Assembly (NCBI GenBank): GCA_032718475.1
Contig: JAUCBJ010005433.1
Coordinates: 23,758 to 87,757 of the forward strand
DNA: 64,000 nucleotides
Origin: Nemertoderma westbladi
Lineage: Eukaryota > Animalia > Xenacoelomorpha
Direction: 5' to 3'
The notes below the pieces were generated by a model, which was not told the origin of the DNA, made no database searches, and saw nothing but the letters and a program-made list of their open reading frames with translations. How positions within the stretch are numbered: the first letter of the stretch is position 1; every line of letters begins with the position of its first letter. Shown piece after piece: positions 26,201-41,200 of the stretch. Made by a program: the position numbers and the translations under genes.

Positions 26201-29200
26201 GAGCCGCCCTCTCCTAAAGTTTAACTTACCTAGAGCCGCCCTCTCCTATAGTTTAACTTACCTTGAGCCGCCCTCTCCTATAGTTTAACTTACCTAGAGC
26301 CGCCCTCCCCTATAGTTTAACTTACCTTGAGCCCCCTCTCCTATAGTTTAACTTACCTGAGCCGCCCTCTCCTATAGTTTAACTTCCCTGAGCCGCCCTC
26401 TCCTATAGTTTAACTTACCTTGAGCCGCCCTCTCCTATAGTTTCACTTACCTAGAGCCGCCCTCTCCTATAGTTTAACTTACCTTGAGCCGCGCTCTCTT
26501 AGTTTAACTTACCTTGAGCCGCTTTCCCTCCGGATGTTTCAAACAGACCTCCAGTTGCAGGGCAGTCCTCGTGACACAACCAAACGGTTAACGGGGCGAC
26601 CAACTCTGGAGACATTGTGTCCAGCACCTCCTTAGGCATTAGGTCCTCGGTGAGTCTGGACCCAGCAGTGGGGGCTATCGCGTTGCATTGGATGTTATAC
26701 GGTGCCCCCTCGATTGCCAGAGTGTTGGATAATCCCAACAGCCCAAGTTTACCTAAAAATAAACATTGAAATAATATATCAAAGTAAATTAATAAAAAAC
26801 GTAATGTATATAAATAATTAAAAAACGATGTTTGGAATTGAAAAGAGTCCTGGTGGAGGATCGACGCCGTTATTCATTATTTTTAGAATTTGTATTTCAT
26901 TTCATTGGAGGAAAATAATGTCCACGAAATATTACCGAACCGAACACGTGGCGCAGGTAAAGAAAGATATGTTGGATTATCTGTAATTCCGAAATGTACA
27001 GTGTAGCTGAGGGCCTCATGGCTGAGAACTAAGTGGGAACAACAACTGGTCTGTTAGTCTGTTCTGGAGTTCTACCAAAAGGTCTTATTACTTCATGGAG
27101 ATTGTTAGCGTCGAACAGGCCACTAATAACTATTCAAATCTTGATGTGTAAAAAGTATCAGTAAATTGATTTACAGCAAGTTCGATTCAGGGAGTATTGG
27201 GAAATAGGAGACGATAAACTGTAAGCTCTCGAAAGTTTTTTTATCATTATTTTAAGCAAACTACAATTACAAAAATTAAACTATGACTTTTATATGAAGC
27301 GCCGTTTACGCTAAAACTATCTGAATAAATATTATACTCAAGTTGTATCAATAAAAAAATATTATACTTAAGGGGGTGGGGTGGGGGTGGGGGGGGGGGG
27401 GGGGGGGTTGACTATTTAAGTAAAAAAATCGATTTTTCATTTTCAATCCCCCATTGGTGCAGATTTTTATGAACATTTCAAAACTTCAAACCGTTTGTTA
27501 ATAGCTAATATAGGTAAAAAGTTATGAGTTATAATGTTAACCTTACTCTGTGTAAGTGTCTGTGAAAACTGTCTGTTTGGGATTGTGTTTCTGACGGTTT
27601 GTCTGTCAAAATATAACAAAAGCATTCTTTCTAGATAAAGTTATGTTATGGGGCTTTTCCTGGTCGCTGATTTCATTTCAAACGTCAGTTTTCACTTTTA
27701 ATGACAACTACTATGTCTCTATTACTAATTCTGTCTGTCAGTCTGTCTGTCTTTCCGACGATCTGTCTATCAAAATATAAGGACATCATACCACCTAGCT
27801 AAAACTTTTTGTTTTGGTTTTTTTGGTTGCTGATTTCATTTCCGAAGTCAGTATTATTTTTTAGTAAAGTCTATTATGTCTGATTGTTGGTCTGTCTGTA
27901 TGTCCGTCTGTCAAAATATAAGGGAAGCATTCCAACTAGATAAAAAAAGTTTTTTTATGGGGGTTATTCTGGTTGCTTATTTCATTTCCGACATCAGTTT
28001 TCACTTTTAAAAAACCTACTATGACTGTATGTCGGTGTTTCTGTCTGTCCAGCGATCTGTTTGTCAAAGTAATAGGAATGCATATCAACTAGCTAAATAT
28101 TTTGTTATGGGGGTTTTCATGGTTGGTGATTTCATTTCCGATGTTACAGTAGTTTTTGCCCATGTGAAGAATACCAGGATTTCACTTTCGTGTTTGATGT
28201 CAACGCTGTATCAGACAGCAATGAACAGACAGACATGACTCTGTCAAATGAGGAAACTGACTTTAGAAATGAAATCACCGACCCGGAAAACCCTTGCAAC
28301 AAAATTTCCAGCGGGGTTGTGTGCATTCTAACATTGCAGTGGACAAAATTAAAGCAAAAACTTCAAATGCTTTTTCTGAAGAAGGCAAATTTTAAATTTC
28401 AAAATGCAACTACATGTTGGCTTTTCTAAAAATGAACGAATTCTTGTGAAAATTGGCACGAATGATGACTGGGTGATGCTTAACAAATTGCCACTTTTTT
28501 AATTTTCATTGTTATAGCTGAAATATTAAGCAAAATTTATAAATTTTTGGTAAAAAATGGGTTCTTTTTAAATAATTTTTGAACATAAGCATTTATTAAA
28601 AATCTGGTAATAGGATCGATTCACGATGTCATTGTGGGAGAAAAACTCTGCCGAGAATTTAGTTACATCTTAAGTATATTTTTTTATTGATATAACTTTT
28701 TGAGTGTAATATTTTTCCAGATAGTTTTGGCGTAAACGGCGCTTAATACTTTTATACCAGGCCTACTACCAGTATTTGTACTGTAATTATTGTGTTGCCT
28801 ACAAAAATAGATGATCGAAAATAATAGCACCTCGTGGCTTTCTAGAAATAATATAGAAAATATAAGTCCACTGACTGTGGTATCATACTAACTAGTGTTA
28901 AATGAACTAAATGAACTACTAACTGTATGTATCTGGTGGTGGTTATACTATAGGTTAACAGCTGTTGGATCCTATTCAAGAGGCGATTGATATACAGTGT
29001 TCGGGTGATGGGGTTTGGCTTGTATTGTTATTTTTATCTTTTATATTTTTATTGATTATATTGTATAAGTAAAACATTTTCCAGTTCGTAATAATACATG
29101 GCGCAGTGTGTGAAAAAATTTATACAGTAAAATTTCGTTTATTTTGTCTGTTTTATCTCGGCAATCTATGTTACTGGTTAACACGTTATGCCTACTAAAG

Positions 29201-32200
29201 CAGACCTAGAAGAAGAGCTCCGGTTGTTAAAACAACAACTAGAGGAAGCGCAAGCGACTACTACCATGGAAGCCAGCGGTGTGAGCTCGGATTTTCTCAA
29301 GGGTATGGCCTTGCTTCTTAAACAATCAGACGATCGTGCATCAGCTAATCAACAAGTGCTTCATGATATGATCGTCAGCAGTCGCCAACCTCCAGTAGGG
29401 GGCCCACTCCCTACTGCAGCTAGGGGGACCCGTCCACTTCGTATGGAAACGCCAAAGTTAGGCTCACCCGAGTCAATGACACTCACTATGTTAGAAGATT
29501 GGAAATGTCGCTGGGAGGACTACAAGGTGGGACTCCGGCTGGCTGAGGAAACATTGCCAGTGCAGCGTGCAGCCCTTCGTTATTGCCTTCACGAGGAGTG
29601 GTTAAGGCTCTGGGCTATAGTATACTTGTTATAGTAGATACTGAAGATGTGGATGGCATTATCAATGCTTTAACTCGCCACATTCGAAAAAATAGACATC
29701 CATTACTAGACCGTGGAGAATTTCACGCACGGACTCAGGGTCGTGGTGAGAAGTTCAATGACTTCTTTGTAGCCCTTCGCGTTTTAGACCGAGCCTGTGC
29801 GTGGGAAAATTGTATCAATGCTTCGGCACATCAAGAAGAGCGTTTGGTAGGCAAAATTGTTTCTGGGTTGGCGAATGCCCGCATTCGCCAGGAGATTCTT
29901 AAAACTCCTTTAGAAGACCTAAAGTTGGATGGTGTACTTCAGACGTGCCGTACAATGGAGTCCAGCATTGAAGTGGATGGGAAACTTAACTCCCAAGGAT
30001 CACTACCAGTCACCATGGTGCATCAGCGAGATGATAATGAAAGCAATGGTGAGCTATGGTATGATGATAGTGCAGTTAGCGCACTTTCACGCTCAAGTTA
30101 TAAGATAGGCAAAAACGCGCGGGACACAAGCGTTAAAATGCAGCAGAGCCATAACCAACAGAATGCAGCGGCTTGCAAAAACTGTGGATTGACCAACCAT
30201 TCCCCTGGTCAAGCATGCCCAGCACGTGTTGTGAGATGCTATACTTGTGGAAAATCAGGTCATTTTGGACGAGTTTGCCGCCAAGGTAAGAACAATCCCC
30301 CAGTAAGGCCCAAAACCCCAGGGGCTATTAACCACTTGTTTATTGGAAGCATTACTAAAGGCGATTCTGATGTCCCAATTCACTCCAGTTTAGATGGTGG
30401 GGACCCATCTACAATGGTCTGGTTATGTGATCCAGGTGCATTCGCGAACATTATATCTTGTCAGGACTTGGCCATTCTCGGTGAGGGGCGCCATGATGTC
30501 AAAATGGGCCCCGACCATGATACTCTCACTGGTCCAGATGGTCATGTATTAGCGTCGTTTGGGGTGGTGAGTATTAAATTCCAGCTATATGATAGAGTGC
30601 ATACAGCGATGGTCCATGTTCTAGAAAATGCTCGTACACCATTGTTATCACGAGAGGGTTGTATTGCTTTGGGTCTTATTCCGCCTGGATGACCTGTTTC
30701 AGTAGCCCAGTCTGGGTGGGAAAATCCAACAATTGGTGCACCGCTAAAATATAGTACTGAGTTGGATAGACAGTTCTCTCTGTCAGCACTTTCGAATTCA
30801 ACTCAAATCACACCTACATCAGTGGGATGGGGAGCTATGTCCCCAGATATGGAATTATTACCAGCTCTTGTAAGGGCAGCTCCAGCTAAAGGTGTACTAG
30901 CAACCAAGGAGAGTTGGTTTGCAGAGTTTGGGGATGTATTCCCTGAACTACATGATGATACACCATTATCCACAATGGCTGGACCGGAAATGGTAATTAA
31001 TTTAAAGCCGGGTGCAGTGCCATCAGCTAGGTATCGACCATACCCAATACCAATTCATTGGCAAGAAAAAGTCCATGATATGTTATTAGCTATGGAGTCC
31101 AAAGGTGAAATTGAGAGGGTGGCAGTACATGAGGTGTCTGACTTGGTGCATCCAAAGGTGGTGGTCCCTAAGAAAAACTCGACAGAACCAAGAATTACTG
31201 TCGACTTCACTGCTTTAAATCGGCATGTGCGGCGACCAGGCTACCCTACAAGGATACCAGCGCATGCGGTAGCCCAGATTCAGCCGGGAATGAGGCTGTT
31301 CAGCACTTTTGATGCGCGTCATGGGTACTGGCAGGTGCCCTTAGCAAAGGAGAGCCGCGCCCTGACCACCTTCATTACACCATGGGGTCGTATGAGGTTC
31401 TTAAGAAATGTAATGGGCTTGATCAGTGCTGGTGACGAGCACAATAGCCGAATTGATGATGCGCTGCAGGGTATACCTAACGTATACAGTATCGTTGAGG
31501 ACATTGTGGCATGTGATATTGATTCTGATGCTCACGAGGATCGAGTGCGCACCATTCTCCAGCGCTGTCGCAGTCATAAGATCACATTGAATCGTAATAA
31601 ATTTGTCTATGCACAGCCTCAAGTATAATGGTGTGGCTACAACTTATCAGAAGAGGGTTACAGAATGTCAAACAACTTAGTTGAGGCTTTGTCATCATTT
31701 CCAGTACCACAATATCGCACTGATACAAGGTCTTTTTGTGGCTTAGTGCAGCAGTTTAATGCATTTTCCACAGATATCGCCTTGTTGTCAGCACCAATTA
31801 CCGCATTGCTATCGCCTAAGGTCCCATTTGTATGGGAGGCCCCTCAGCAAAAGGCATTTGATGACCTAATAGCAGTGTTAACTTCGAACCATGTGTTAGC
31901 CCAATATAATCCAGGCTGAAAGATGCGCCTTGAGACTGACGCTGCACAGTCTAAAGGCCTGGGTTTTGCATTATGGCAACAACAGCCACATACCACAGAA
32001 GCAGATATCGTTTGGCGTCTTATCCAGTGTGGCTCCAGAACGGTAACACAGACTGAAGCTCGGTACTCAGCCACAGAAATTGAGTTATTAGCGGTAGTTT
32101 GGGCGGTTCGTAAATGTAGCCTGTTCCTCCGTGGGGCCCATTTTGATCTAATTGTCGACCATAAGCCCCTAGTGTCTATACTAAACCATAAGCCATTAGA

Positions 32201-35200
32201 TGAGATAGATTCACCCCGTATCATGAGGCTCAAGGAGAAGCTAGCATGTGTAGACTTGACAGCAATCTGGAGGAAAGGATCGGCTCATACTATTGTGGAC
32301 ACCTTCTCAAGGTTTCCGGTTTGCCCACCAGACATGGAAGATGAAGAAGGTGGGGCAGAAATAGAGCACTGTATTAATCTTGTGGCTGCCAATGCGGTAA
32401 ATATTAGTAGTGCAAAGATAGACTCTGATTTAGCCTTAGAGAAGATTAAGGAAGCTGGTGCAGCTGATGGGGAATACATGAAATCGTTTGACCTAGTAAC
32501 TAAGGCTGCATTTCCAAACGAGAAATACATGTTGGACTTAGAATTAAGGCCATACTGGCTGTTCGGGACGGCCTATCGGCTTATGATGGTATGGTCCTAT
32601 ATGGCAGTCGCATCGTAGTTCCGAAGCAGATGCGTCACAAGATACTACTTGGGCTTCATGTCGCACACCAAAGACAGGAAAGAGCCCTTCAGCGCGCAAG
32701 GGAGTGCGTGTTTTGGCCTGGGCTTACAAATGATGTGGCCAACCAGGTTCGCAGTTGCCCAGAATGTGAAACCCATAAAGCAAGTTACCGACAAGAGCCA
32801 TTTATCCACGACATAAGACCAGTGTTTGCAGGTGAGGCTATATCCGCAGATTTATTTTTTTATGCGGGAGGTCAGTTACTTAGTCATTACGGATAAATAC
32901 TCTGGTTGGCCCGAAGTATACCCATGCGGGAAAAGAGGGGTGAACACATCACATACAATCGGCCATTTGGTGTCATGGATTAAGCAATTTGGTTTTCCAC
33001 GACGTCTAACTACAGACAATGGCTCGCAATTTTCGTCCAACGAGTTTGCGACCTTCTGCTCAGACAATAACATAAACCATGACCCTTCGTCCCCTCACCA
33101 CCACCAGGCTAATAGTTATGGTGAGGCGGCTGTGAAGAGTATGAAGGAGATGTTAATAAAGGTGAGCCCATCAGGTGACACAACCACAATCAATTTCGCC
33201 ATTGCTATGTTAGAATATCGCAACACACCTCGGAAAGATGGCCTCAGCCCAACCCAATGGCGACTAGGACACCATACTCGGACAACATTGCCTATGACCA
33301 ACTATGCCACGATAACGGAAACGCAACGTGGAGCAGCTGAATCTAAAGTGTCAATCATTCGTAATAACGCTTCCCGCCTGAATGACCGTGGGTCTCATGT
33401 TTTGTCTGTTCTCCAGCCAGGCGAGCATGTTCGGATACAAAATCCTCGATCAAATAAATGGGACACAATGGCAACAGTTGTTCGCGGTAATGAACGAAAC
33501 CGAAGTTATTTCGTCCGTACAGATTATGGGTCAACACTTTGGCGAAATAGGCGATTCCTTCGGCCTGTATTCCAAGCGGATACCCCTACCACATCGGATA
33601 GTCATGTTGCTCCCACGCCAATACCACAAAGTTCGCCTACAGTAGATCAGGATGGCTGGTCTGTGGTGCAACCACGTCGAGGGACCCGTTCTCGTGGTGT
33701 GACAAAATTCTTTGGTGTGACACCCCAAGGGGGGAGGGGGTTTAAGGGGGGCATGTGGTATCATACTAACTAGTTTGGTATTATGTGTTAAATGAACTCG
33801 TGTTCGGGTGATGGGGTTTGGCTTGTATTATTATTTTTATCTTTTATATGTTTATTGATTATATTGGATAAGTAAAACATTTTCCAGTTCGTAATAATAC
33901 ACTGACCTGCGGAATAATTGGCTTGACCAAAGTTCCCAAAGATACCGGATAATGATGACGTCATAACAATGCGACCATAGTTCTGTTTCCTCATGTGAGG
34001 CCAGGCGGCGCTGGTTACTTTGAACGCACCGAGAAGATGGACTCTGTAAACCATATCTGAAAATGAAGTACAAATTGAAATTAATACATTTTGTTGGTTT
34101 GAGGCGGTTAAAAAACAATGAGCAACAACAAGCAACAATGAGTAACAACGAGCAACAATAAGCAACAACGAGCTACAATGAGCAACAAGCGAGCACCAAA
34201 GAACAACAATGAGCAACAAGCGAGCACCAAAGAACAACAAAGTGCAACACTGAGCAACATTAAGCAACAACCAACATCAACGAACAACGAGCGTTTGCGT
34301 TATGCGTTTTAGCACCCTACAGAGATTTTGTACTAATCATTGTCTTGTCATTAATTATAATACAGTAATAATAAATCATAATAATCATAATCAGACTTTT
34401 CAAATTAATTTCCGATATAAAAAACTGGGTGTTTCTAGCAGTTTCAAAGTGAAATATAACTGCAGGAAGTTTTGTTAATTCAGTAATTATATAAATTAGA
34501 AATAATTCATAAAAGGTAGATATGATAAATACAGTTAAATGCTGGGCTGCATATCAATGTCAAAATATAGGCCTAAATAAAATTGCACGCACAAGAAAAA
34601 TAATTATTATAGACCATAAATTTGTCAAAAGTACTGTAGTGATTTTCAAGAAATCCAACTGTTTCAATTTATTTTTAAATACATTGACAGATTGTGATTA
34701 CATTACCATTTCGGGAATAGTATTCCAAATTGTATCTAGACGGCTACGAAAATGTGTTTCCAGTTGTTTCCGCTTTTTAACATTATTTTACTGATGTACC
34801 GGTCCCATGGGCTCCGTGTCGAATCTAATTTAACTTAGGCCTAAACATTTTGCATGACATTTCTGATTTCTCTCGTATCTCGTCTGAACCAATCAGAAAA
34901 CAGTATTCGCCTACGCGTATGTCAAATCGCTCAATGTAATATATAGATCGTGTAGATACTTGGATACGTACGCACGCACGCACCGCTCATAAGTGGAAAA
35001 GTTTAACCCACCTACTGCTACTGCTCCAGGCTACTACAGTACAATTCAATTCAATTCAACGTTTGTACGTGCAGTACAACTGGAAGTACTGGAAGGATAC
35101 CTCGTACTGCTGTACTGTCATACCAGCATACAGTCCACTCCACATGCAGTCTATGCTGTAGGCCTATCACTGTATCATGTATGCTAGCTCAGTCAGTCAG

Positions 35201-38200
35201 TAGCTGGTCCTGGCACCTGGTGTACGTACTTCAGTACTGCAGTACTGCTATACTGTCTGACTATCTAAATATAGGTACTGCAACTAGATGGAATGTGTTC
35301 TGACTGTCTGATGTTGGATGTTGCATCTTTCTATGAACTCCGGTCCTGCAGCCTAGTCTTCGCGTTGTTGTTCCGATATGGATCCGGGGAAGTTTAGTGT
35401 AGCTCGACTCCGAGATTATTGTATTCAGAGCGTTGATGACCTCAATGGCGAAGTTAACATTCCATTCTATTTGAAATCATGGCAAGAAATTTTGCTATTT
35501 TTCAACACGATGGGATCTGTTTTCAACTTTCTCACGTCGGATGTGAAAAGTAAAATGAACACGGTACAAACGAGCTTAGATGACGACCAAATTGCTTCGC
35601 ATTACCAATATATCGGGAAGATGCTAAAATACGAGTTGGATAACGATTTAATCGACCTCGTACATTACGGGAAGCTTTCCGGTGCACGACAACTTCTAAG
35701 GTTGCATCGCGCTTTTAAGTTCGTAGCTTTGCTGCTGCAAGGTTTAGAAACAAGTTTAGAAAGCGACAACTCGCACAAGATTGCGAGTAAATCTTACGAG
35801 CATTCGCTAGCTCCGTACCATACATGGTTGATTCGACACACGGTTTACTTCGCACTCCGAGCTCTACCGTCGAGGAAGACATTGTTTCTACGACTATTCG
35901 GAGACCGCGAGGAAACCGACGCCAAACAGGAACTTAACTCGGCTGTTGATGCGTTGAATAGAACCTATGAGTTGACTAATTCCTTGTACGACCAGTTGAA
36001 TTTGCTAGACATTCCCTAATCGCACCTGCAATCTGTGTTATATTCTGCTGCATGTCTGTCTGTGATGGTTTATCCGTTACCTGTTACCAGTGTCTACCTA
36101 ACCTACCAACACATAACACACACCTTCTCCCCGAATCACGAATACTGGTACCGCGGTACTCATAATGAATATGCATTACGTAGTCGTTTATATTATATTG
36201 ATTAACATACAATAATACAGGACATGGTTTGATTCAGGTAATGGAACATAAATTAATAATTGATACACGCAATTGCGAGACGTCTATTAATTGTCTATAT
36301 TTCATATTTGGATACTGCTGATACGTTATTCAGTGGTATTTAATGTTTATGTATTATTTATTTGCACTTTGGAACAAGAATGTGCTATTAATATTGTGCG
36401 TGTTAGACCAGTTTAAGTAACAATTGATTTAAATCTTTAGTTGGCTAACAGATTGATTTTATATTATGATTGAATTCAAAATCTACATTTCTTCGACACA
36501 AAATGTATTGAAAATATGGCGATATATTGGATTATTTTGCGCTGTGGGGCGAGCCGTCTGTTAGCCTTCAGTGGCCAAAGAGGCATTTACTGCCCGGGGT
36601 CTATCTGTCTGCCCTGCCTTTATCAATGTTTTAATGAAAATTGGATGTGTGAAGAAGATAAAAGTTTTGCGAATTGCAACCAATTTCACACAGGCGGTTT
36701 CGCATGACTATAAAGTTTCAGAGATTTCACAGTAGATAATAATTAGGCCTACACAATTGCTTGTTTGTTACTAACAGTGTTATAAGCACTTACTTTCAGA
36801 ATTGGAAGTTTTTCGCAGGCAAATTTTATGTAATTTTCAGTTTAGATAGGTGGTACATAAATGTGTGTAAACATCTCTGTCGTGTTTGTAGACGTATCTG
36901 GGGACTCTTGAAGCAATACAGATTGAACTATAGAAAATAGCTGCTTTAGAGCAAAAATGAAACTGTTTTGGTTTGCTCATTGTTTTGGTTAGCTCTTAGA
37001 ATAAAATTGAACTGTAACCTGCTCCTTTCCCTTAATTGATATTTAATTTTCGGCGAGTGCATTTCTGATTTTTGTTTACTGCGATCCTGAACGCGATATT
37101 AATTCACCGAGACGGGATTATTGTCTCGGATCTCGGTGTGTAAGTATTATGAATACCTGTAAGGAATAGCTGCTCTGTGGTATTTGCTAAAGAATGTTAA
37201 TAAAAATGTGTCATAACTATTTATTACATGAAAAACAAATATACTTTTTCCTTATCCCGATGACTCAGATGTATAACTTGCCGAGCGAGCGAGTTAATTA
37301 TACATTAAGACAAGGTTGCTTTGTTTTTCGAGTAAATGGTGCATAATGACCTCGAACACAAACTATGTTCTGTATGTGTTTGTTTAGTGAGTGTTAATTT
37401 AAAGCATTACAGGAAAGGAGCAGGTTACATTGGCAGTGTTTTCTAACCACACAATAAACGAAACTTTATTTAAAGTATGTGACCAATTTGCGCTGGAGAT
37501 CATTCATTGAGTAAACCATTGTACTTCTAGGGGATCCAGGCGTCGCCGTGGATTCATTTAAACTTCGCTTCCAAGTAGAACGGGTTGATTGATGTAGGGT
37601 AGGATATATGGTGCCAGTCTGTCTACGTGTGTATGATGGTGTCAGTCTGTCTACGTGTGTATGATGGTGCCAGTCTGTCTACGTGTGTATGATGGTGTCA
37701 GTCTATCTACGTGTGTATGATGGTGCCAGTCTGTCTACGTGGGTATGATGGTGCCAGTCTGTCTACGTGTGTATGATGGTGCCAGTCTGTCTACGTGTGT
37801 ATGATGGTGCCAGTCTATCTACGTGTGTATGATGGTGTCAGTCTGTCTACGTGTGTATGATGTTGCCAGTCTGTCTACGTGTGTATGATGGTGCCAGTCT
37901 GTCTACGTGTGTATGATTGTGCCAGTCTGTCTACGTGTGTATGATAGTGCCAGTCTGTCTAAATACCAGACATACAACGCTTTGCGGTAACTGGCCGGTA
38001 AGTGGCTGGTGATACTGATATCATATATGTATTTTAAGGTAAACGTAAACCTCCCCCATTTTAAGGTAAATAACTTAACCTTTGTTTCACTTCCATCCAT
38101 GTATTTTTTTTTAGGAATAAACTCCAATCTTTATTCCCAAAACATACTGTAGATTATAAATCAGTTAAAAGGGCAAATTTGTGGAGTATAATTTTTTATT

Positions 38201-41200
38201 ACGATGTGGAAAGTTTTGTTTGAATTCAATGGAATTGTTTTGTTATCTGAATCATTTTGTTATTTTTATTAAAACGTGTTCTTTCAATTTTCGTTGTGTT
38301 GGTCTTGATGAAGCTGTTCTGTTTACTATTAATGTTACAATAAATGTCTACATATTTTTTAGTTACTCTGGGTCAGATTACATTATACTAATCCTTGATT
38401 TATTCGCTTATGAGGTGGGTACGGTACGGTCTAGCAATTATAATGTTGACCATATTATTAGTGCTGTAGTTTTGCGCGGGAAGGTTTGAACTTTGAAGGC
38501 TATTATCTCAGAATGACATTTTTTCGCACGAAAAATACTACTCCTCCGCCGTTATTTGCAATTTTTGCTATATATGAAAGGTAATTTCATAAGCTTCAAT
38601 AAATTTCACGCACTTTTCTTAATTTAAAAATATTTCCCTATTTTTTGAATGAAAAATTACAAAAAACATGGGTGTTTTCAGTTTTTAAAAAAATTTGAAT
38701 TTGTTTTTACAAAATTGCCAATTATCAGAAATAGAAAAAGAAAATACAAAAAGAGCGTGAAAAATATGATGAATGAACATGCTGGTTTCAAAAAATGGGG
38801 TATCGGAAAATAAAATGGACAATAACGGAGGAGTAGTCTTTTTAGTGACATTTTTAAAATCTCACGCAGGCCGCAAGGGGGCGCTAAACATTTTTTTTTA
38901 TATAATATATCGATGGTGTTTTATCATAACGACTCAAATGTCATTTTTGTCAAAATAGAGTTTTGGTGTTTTTTGGCATATTTAGACTTCTACGAATCTT
39001 CTATTAAAGTATTAGAGCCTAGTTGTTGCGTGTGCTTGAGTTACAGCGCATTTCAGAAAATTGCATAACCACTCAAATGCCAATTTTACATTAAGTCAAG
39101 GGAAACTGTTATTTTTTCATAACCACTTAAACCCATAGCCCATCATTACAGATAAGGAGATGGTGATTGAAATTCGTCCCTTACAGACTCAATATACTAT
39201 CAATGGGCGGGAAATTCGAATTGTAACTAATTCAAGTACTTCTTTACATGACTTATCTTTCAGATTTCAGATTAAATAAATATTTTATATTTTTAATTGA
39301 CATTTAATTTAATATCGGTAATTGTGTTTGTTCAAACAATGCACTGTATTAGTCATGAAGTCCAGGTTTTATGGAGCCGAAAGTGATGGATAGGAGGATA
39401 GATAGTTAGCAGTTCATGAAAAGACTGTCTCGGACAGATTTCACTGATAGTTTTGTTATCGTATGCCTAACATATTAATAGATATGTCGTTATGAAAAAT
39501 CACAATTTAAGTGAAAAAATTTTGCATAACCACTCAAATCCTAAAAAAACATCGATAAATTGGTTAAATGTCACTAAAAATCCTAATTGTGGTGTTTTAC
39601 CGCATGAAAGATTTACTATCTACCTTATGAAACCAAAATTGATCTCCTAGGGTACTATAGGGGAATTAGAATGTAGAAAATGCTCCCCTGAACAATTAGG
39701 TTTTTGAGTGTTGAGTGGTTATGATAAAACACCATCGATATGTACTTTTGATGATTCTCTTTTCGATGGTGGTATATCGTTTCTCTATGCATTTTTCGAC
39801 CACATTGGATACATGTACAAAATAAGAAAAAACCAGACAGCTGTTAGACAACTGTATGCCCTACTACTGTGACGCTGTTGATACAACTAAAAGTTGTATT
39901 GGATTTAATTTTAGTTTTGGGGTTCAGTGTTGGAAGTTATGTAGTGGGTCCGGTGGACGACCCCACATCAGAGCCAAGTCTGAGTCTGCCATGTAACCAT
40001 AGGCCTACATTATCGAAGAATAATGGGGACATCACCTACATTATGTTTCGAAACGACAACATTTTTTAGCTGTTAAGTTAATTTACATCTTACAAATTCC
40101 AATCTGACAATTATTAATCGTCGCATAAATTTCATTTAAATTATCAAATGCGTGCCAGCACATCAATGCGCAGCTCACCCCACCACTCCAACTCACCACA
40201 CATGTTAACAACTGTTGTGCAAGCTCTTGGAGTACCGTATTTCATTCTGGGCAGTACCAGGTACGTAAAACACACATTGAATTAATGGTATTGGAGGTAG
40301 ACAGACGGCCAGACACGCATACGATCGAACCAATTCATCCTATGTAATAATAATCTGATGTTAAACTTGGTGCAATTACTTGGTGGATCAGTGAAGAACT
40401 ATGGGTCTGCTACATTAGAAACTATATCAATTCCCCTACAAACTCCAAAAAAATTACTAGAACGACCTTTACTTCCTAAAATATCCGAGATTATAGACGT
40501 GCGTAGTCCATTAGAATTCTCAAATGATCACATACCCGGGGCCATTAATCTTCCGTTACTAAGCAACCACCAAAGGTCCTACATAGGCCAGCAATATAAG
40601 AAGAGCAAGTTCGAGGCTCGTAAAACCGGCGCCGAAATTATAACGGCAAACATTAGCGAACACATAAAGGAACATTTTGTTGACAAATCGCACGATTATA
40701 TTCCCCTGGTATACTGCGAGAGAGGTAGACTGCGTTCCTCTAGTCTAGCGGCTGTCCTGCAACAGATCGGGTTCGAGGTATTTACTTTGGACGAAGGGTA
40801 CAAACATTACCGGGGTAGGGTTCGTGACACGTTGGACTCGTTGCCGTTAGATCTGAGATTCCGGGTCATATCCGGAAAGACGGGAACCGGCAAATCCTTG
40901 ATACTGAACCGATTAAGATCAGCGGGTGAGCAGGTCTTAGACTTGGAGGATTTAGCTAAACATAAAGGATCTGTGTTGGGAGAATTTCACAACGAGGCGC
41001 AACCAACACAAAAGTATTTCGATTCGTTAATCTGCAAGGAATTGTTGGGATTCAACCCTGATCGGACGGTTTGGATTGAATCGGAAAGCCGTCGGATAGG
41101 AAAGGTAACTATTCCGAGGTGTTTATTCGAGAAACTAAAAGATTCCCAACGAATCGTCTTAGTTGTTCCTATAGAGGAACGAATCGCTCATATCCTGAAG

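Noticed and set aside
20191-26522. CRISPR array or coding repeat
   Set aside because: Head-to-tail units without spacers; unit lengths of 31-33 bp and frequent stops exclude coding
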